This document shows positions 61,760-64,000 of a stretch of DNA of 64,000 nucleotides, in pieces; position 1 is the first letter of the stretch; each line of letters starts with the position of its first letter. The notes beneath the pieces are model-generated. The model did not search any database. It saw only the letters and a program-made list of their open reading frames with translations, and had not been told where the DNA came from. A program made the translations under genes and the position numbers. Source of the DNA: an uncultured Gemmatimonadales bacterium (GTDB lineage Bacteria; Gemmatimonadota; Gemmatimonadetes; Longimicrobiales; Longimicrobiaceae); the NCBI GenBank assembly GCA_963716255.1, contig OY970303.1, positions 4,384,001 to 4,448,000 of the forward strand, read 5' to 3'.

Positions 61760-63178
61760 TCAATCCCGCCGCGGTCTCGATGCGCTGTCTGCCGTGGTGC
61801 CCGCCGCGGGCGCCGCCGCCGCCGAATCCGCGGCGGCTTTCGCGGCGCGCTCGGCGGCCTCGTGCTTCCGGATCACCTTGCTGAGGCGCGCGCGGGGCGG
61901 CTGCCAGCCCAGCGGCTTCCAGCCGCCGCGCTCCACCGCCGAGGGGCCGCCGGACTGGGGGCGGAAGGCGGGGAGGTAGCGCTCGTACTGCGAGCGCGGG
62001 TTCCACAGCGCCCAGCTCTTGAGGCCCGCGTCGTACGTCGCCTGGATCTGCTGGCGGAGCTGCGCCGGGCCGTACTCCACCGTCGGCTGGATCCACGATG
62101 CCGTCTGCGCCTCCAGCCAGGGCATCACCTCGCCCACGGGCTTTCCCTGGCGGCGCACCAGCTCCGTGCGCTCCACCGCGTCCTGCATGGAAACGCGGAT
62201 GATCTCGTACGGGTGGGCGTTGGGGCGCGCGAAGCCGTACATCCCCGCGTAGTAGTGCGACGGGTACACCATGGGGAGCACCGCGTCCGCGGTCTGGATC
62301 ACCTTTTCCCAGTTCTGCCCGATCCCCACGTCGCCCTCCAGGTGTGTCACCAGCCCGAACACGTCCGCCGTCACCGGCGCCTGGTACTCCTTCAGCCGCT
62401 CCTTGGAGTAGCGGATGAAGGCGGCGATGTTGTCCTCGCGCGAGACCCCGTTGGACCCGGGGAACACCATGGTCCGCCGCAGGTTCTCCACCACGTCGGG
62501 AAAGCGCACGTAGTCCCACTGCACCTCCGAGAAGCCCATGTCCAGCGCTTCCCTGGCGATGTCCACGTTGTAGCTCCAGACGGTCCGGTCGTACGGGTTC
62601 ACCCAGGGCTTGCCGTTCTGGTCCTTCCACACCCCGCCGGAGGTGTTCCGTATGGACAGGTCGGGGCGCTTCTCGGCCAGCATCCGGTCCTTGAACACCA
62701 CGATCCGCGCGATGGGGTAGATCCCGTGCGCCTGGAGGGTGTCCACCAGCTCCGGGAGCCACTTGGACCCCGGGCGCTGGTCCGCGCCGATCTCCCTGGC
62801 CAGCGCGATCCCCGTGGAGTCGTGGACCAGGTACGTGTCCGACTCCTTGATGTCGATGATGAAGGCGTTGATCTCCGTCTCGTCCGCGATGCGGATCAGC
62901 TCCCTCATCCCGCCGCGCCGCCCGGCCGCCCAGCCGTTCACGTAGAGCGCGCGCACCGAGTCCGGCCGCGGCACCCGGCCGCCGAAGCGCTCCCGCCAGC
63001 GCGAAAGGCTGTCGGCGCGGGTGCGGGCGGCGGTGGCGGCGGAGTCCGTCCGGGCCCCTTCGCCGCCGGCCTCCGCGGCGGCGCGGGGGGCGCGTTCGCC
63101 GCCGCACGCGGCCGCGCCCAGCGACAGGAGCAGCGCGCCGGCCAGGAGCGGGGCGCGGGCCGTGGCCGTGCGGCGCAC
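61760..63178 (-). CDS. Putative glycoside hydrolase (TIM-barrel, DUF4015-like) lipoprotein
   Basis: Lipobox AAAC; IARIVVFKD, WVNPY, QWDYVRFP, ADVFG, IGQ and PMVYPSH. Confidence 0.82.
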   Translation of the reverse strand: MRRTATARAPLLAGALLLSLGAAACGGERAPRAAAEAGGEGARTDSAATAARTRADSLSRWRERFGGRVPRPDSVRALYVNGWAAGRRGGMRELIRIADETEINAFIIDIKESDTYLVHDSTGIALAREIGADQRPGSKWLPELVDTLQAHGIYPIARIVVFKDRMLAEKRPDLSIRNTSGGVWKDQNGKPWVNPYDRTVWSYNVDIAREALDMGFSEVQWDYVRFPDVVENLRRTMVFPGSNGVSREDNIAAFIRYSKERLKEYQAPVTADVFGLVTHLEGDVGIGQNWEKVIQTADAVLPMVYPSHYYAGMYGFARPNAHPYEIIRVSMQDAVERTELVRRQGKPVGEVMPWLEAQTASWIQPTVEYGPAQLRQQIQATYDAGLKSWALWNPRSQYERYLPAFRPQSGGPSAVERGGWKPLGWQPPRARLSKVIRKHEAAERAAKAAADSAAAAPAAGTTADSASRPRRD

Positions 63179-63322
63179 GGGGATCCGGGGGGAGCTGGCA
63201 GGGTGCGTCAAGGGCTCGCGGGGTTGGGCGACGCCTCCGTGGCCGGAGGGCGCGGTTCGCGGGGGACGAGGTCGTGCGGGTGGTACGCGGGGAGGCCGGT
63301 TTTGTGCCCCGGCCCGGAAACG

Positions 63323-63360
63323 AAAAAAAGCCGGGCCCGGGCGAATGCCCGGGCCCGGCT
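63323..63360 (-). terminator. Rho-independent terminator
   Basis: agccgggcccgggc stem followed by a T7 run on the minus strand. Confidence 0.85.
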
Positions 63361-63380
63361 CCAGCACGGACCGGAGCCGA

Positions 63381-63638
63381 TTACGGCGTGGTCGTGGTGG
63401 TCGTCGTGGTGGTGGCGGTCGTGTCCATGGTGCCCATCGCCATCGTGTCGGTGGTGGCCGGGGCCATCGCCATCGTGTCGGTGGTCACCGGAGCAGCCGG
63501 CTCCATGGTCGGAGCGGTCGCGTCCGCCGCCGGGGTGGTCTCCTCGACGGTGGCCTCGGGGGCCTCGTCGCCGCCGCAGGCGGCGAGCGAGACCATGGCG
63601 GCGACGGCGAAGATCGAGAAGAAGCGGTTCTTCAGCAT
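63381..63638 (-). CDS. Small Thr-rich lipoprotein
   Basis: Lipobox LAACGG; TDTMAM repeats; poly-Thr tail. Confidence 0.8.
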   Translation of the reverse strand: MLKNRFFSIFAVAAMVSLAACGGDEAPEATVEETTPAADATAPTMEPAAPVTTDTMAMAPATTDTMAMGTMDTTATTTTTTTTTP

Positions 63639-63716
63639 TGTGGTGTTCCCGTGATCAGGGGTAAAAATGGGGCCCGCACATCGCGTGCGGGCCCCGGACC
63701 TGCAACGCGCGCTGAA

Positions 63717-63974
63717 CTACGGGCGCGTGGTCGTGTCGGCGGCCATCGTGTCGGTGCCGGAGCCGTGCACGGTGTCGGTCTCGACGGTGGTCGTGGTCAC
63801 GACGCTGTCCGTGGTCGGGACGACGGTGGGCACGCTCACGGTGTCCATGCCGGCGACGGCCGAGGTGTCCGAGGTGACGGTCTCGCCGCCCTCGGAAACG
63901 TCGTCGCCACCACCGCAGGCGGCGAGCGCGACCAGACCGGCGACGGCGAAGATGGAGAGGCGGTTCTTCATCAT
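63717..63974 (-). CDS. Small Thr/Asp-rich lipoprotein (paralogue of 63381..63638)
   Basis: AGGAGG RBS; near-identical signal peptide and LAACGG; many DT/DS motifs. Confidence 0.8.
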   Translation of the reverse strand: MMKNRLSIFAVAGLVALAACGGGDDVSEGGETVTSDTSAVAGMDTVSVPTVVPTTDSVVTTTTVETDTVHGSGTDTMAADTTTRP

Positions 63975-64000
63975 GGATCCCTCCTGGGGGTGTTGATCGT

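Overview
Very GC-rich bacterial chromosomal segment. The gene content suggests Gemmatimonadota, probably Longimicrobium-like (inference from the PadR plus duplicated orphan permease pair, BrxA, many LAAC lipoproteins and orphan TPR proteins). In order it carries: four tandem S8 proteases, a sigma-54 regulator, a ZU5-like lipoprotein, a TPR protein and an Omp85-like gene; an overlapping hydrolase/oxidoreductase operon; an IS481 inserted in a structured repeat; fatty acyl-CoA ligase, BrxA, PduO, an S66 peptidase and an MFS transporter; a low-GC TIR-NB-ARC-TPR (NLR-like) gene; PadR/permease, aroK and a GyrA/ParC subunit without a canonical GyrA box; a PLP decarboxylase with a toxin-antitoxin remnant; a 9-gene carotenoid cluster; LigD-Pol opposite two Rad52-like genes; a TPR/peptide/AraC cassette; EVE, a putative glycoside hydrolase and two Thr-rich lipoproteins. 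The strongest candidates for undescribed biology are (1) Rap/Phr-like TPR + exported peptide + regulator cassettes seen twice, (2) two Rad52-like annealing proteins sharing an unrecognised C-terminal domain next to LigD-Pol, and (3) dispersed intergenic elements built from covarying hairpins with a conserved AAAC loop. No rRNA, tRNA or CRISPR array was seen. All calls come from reading motifs by eye; no searches were run, and several start codons were moved from the ORF track.
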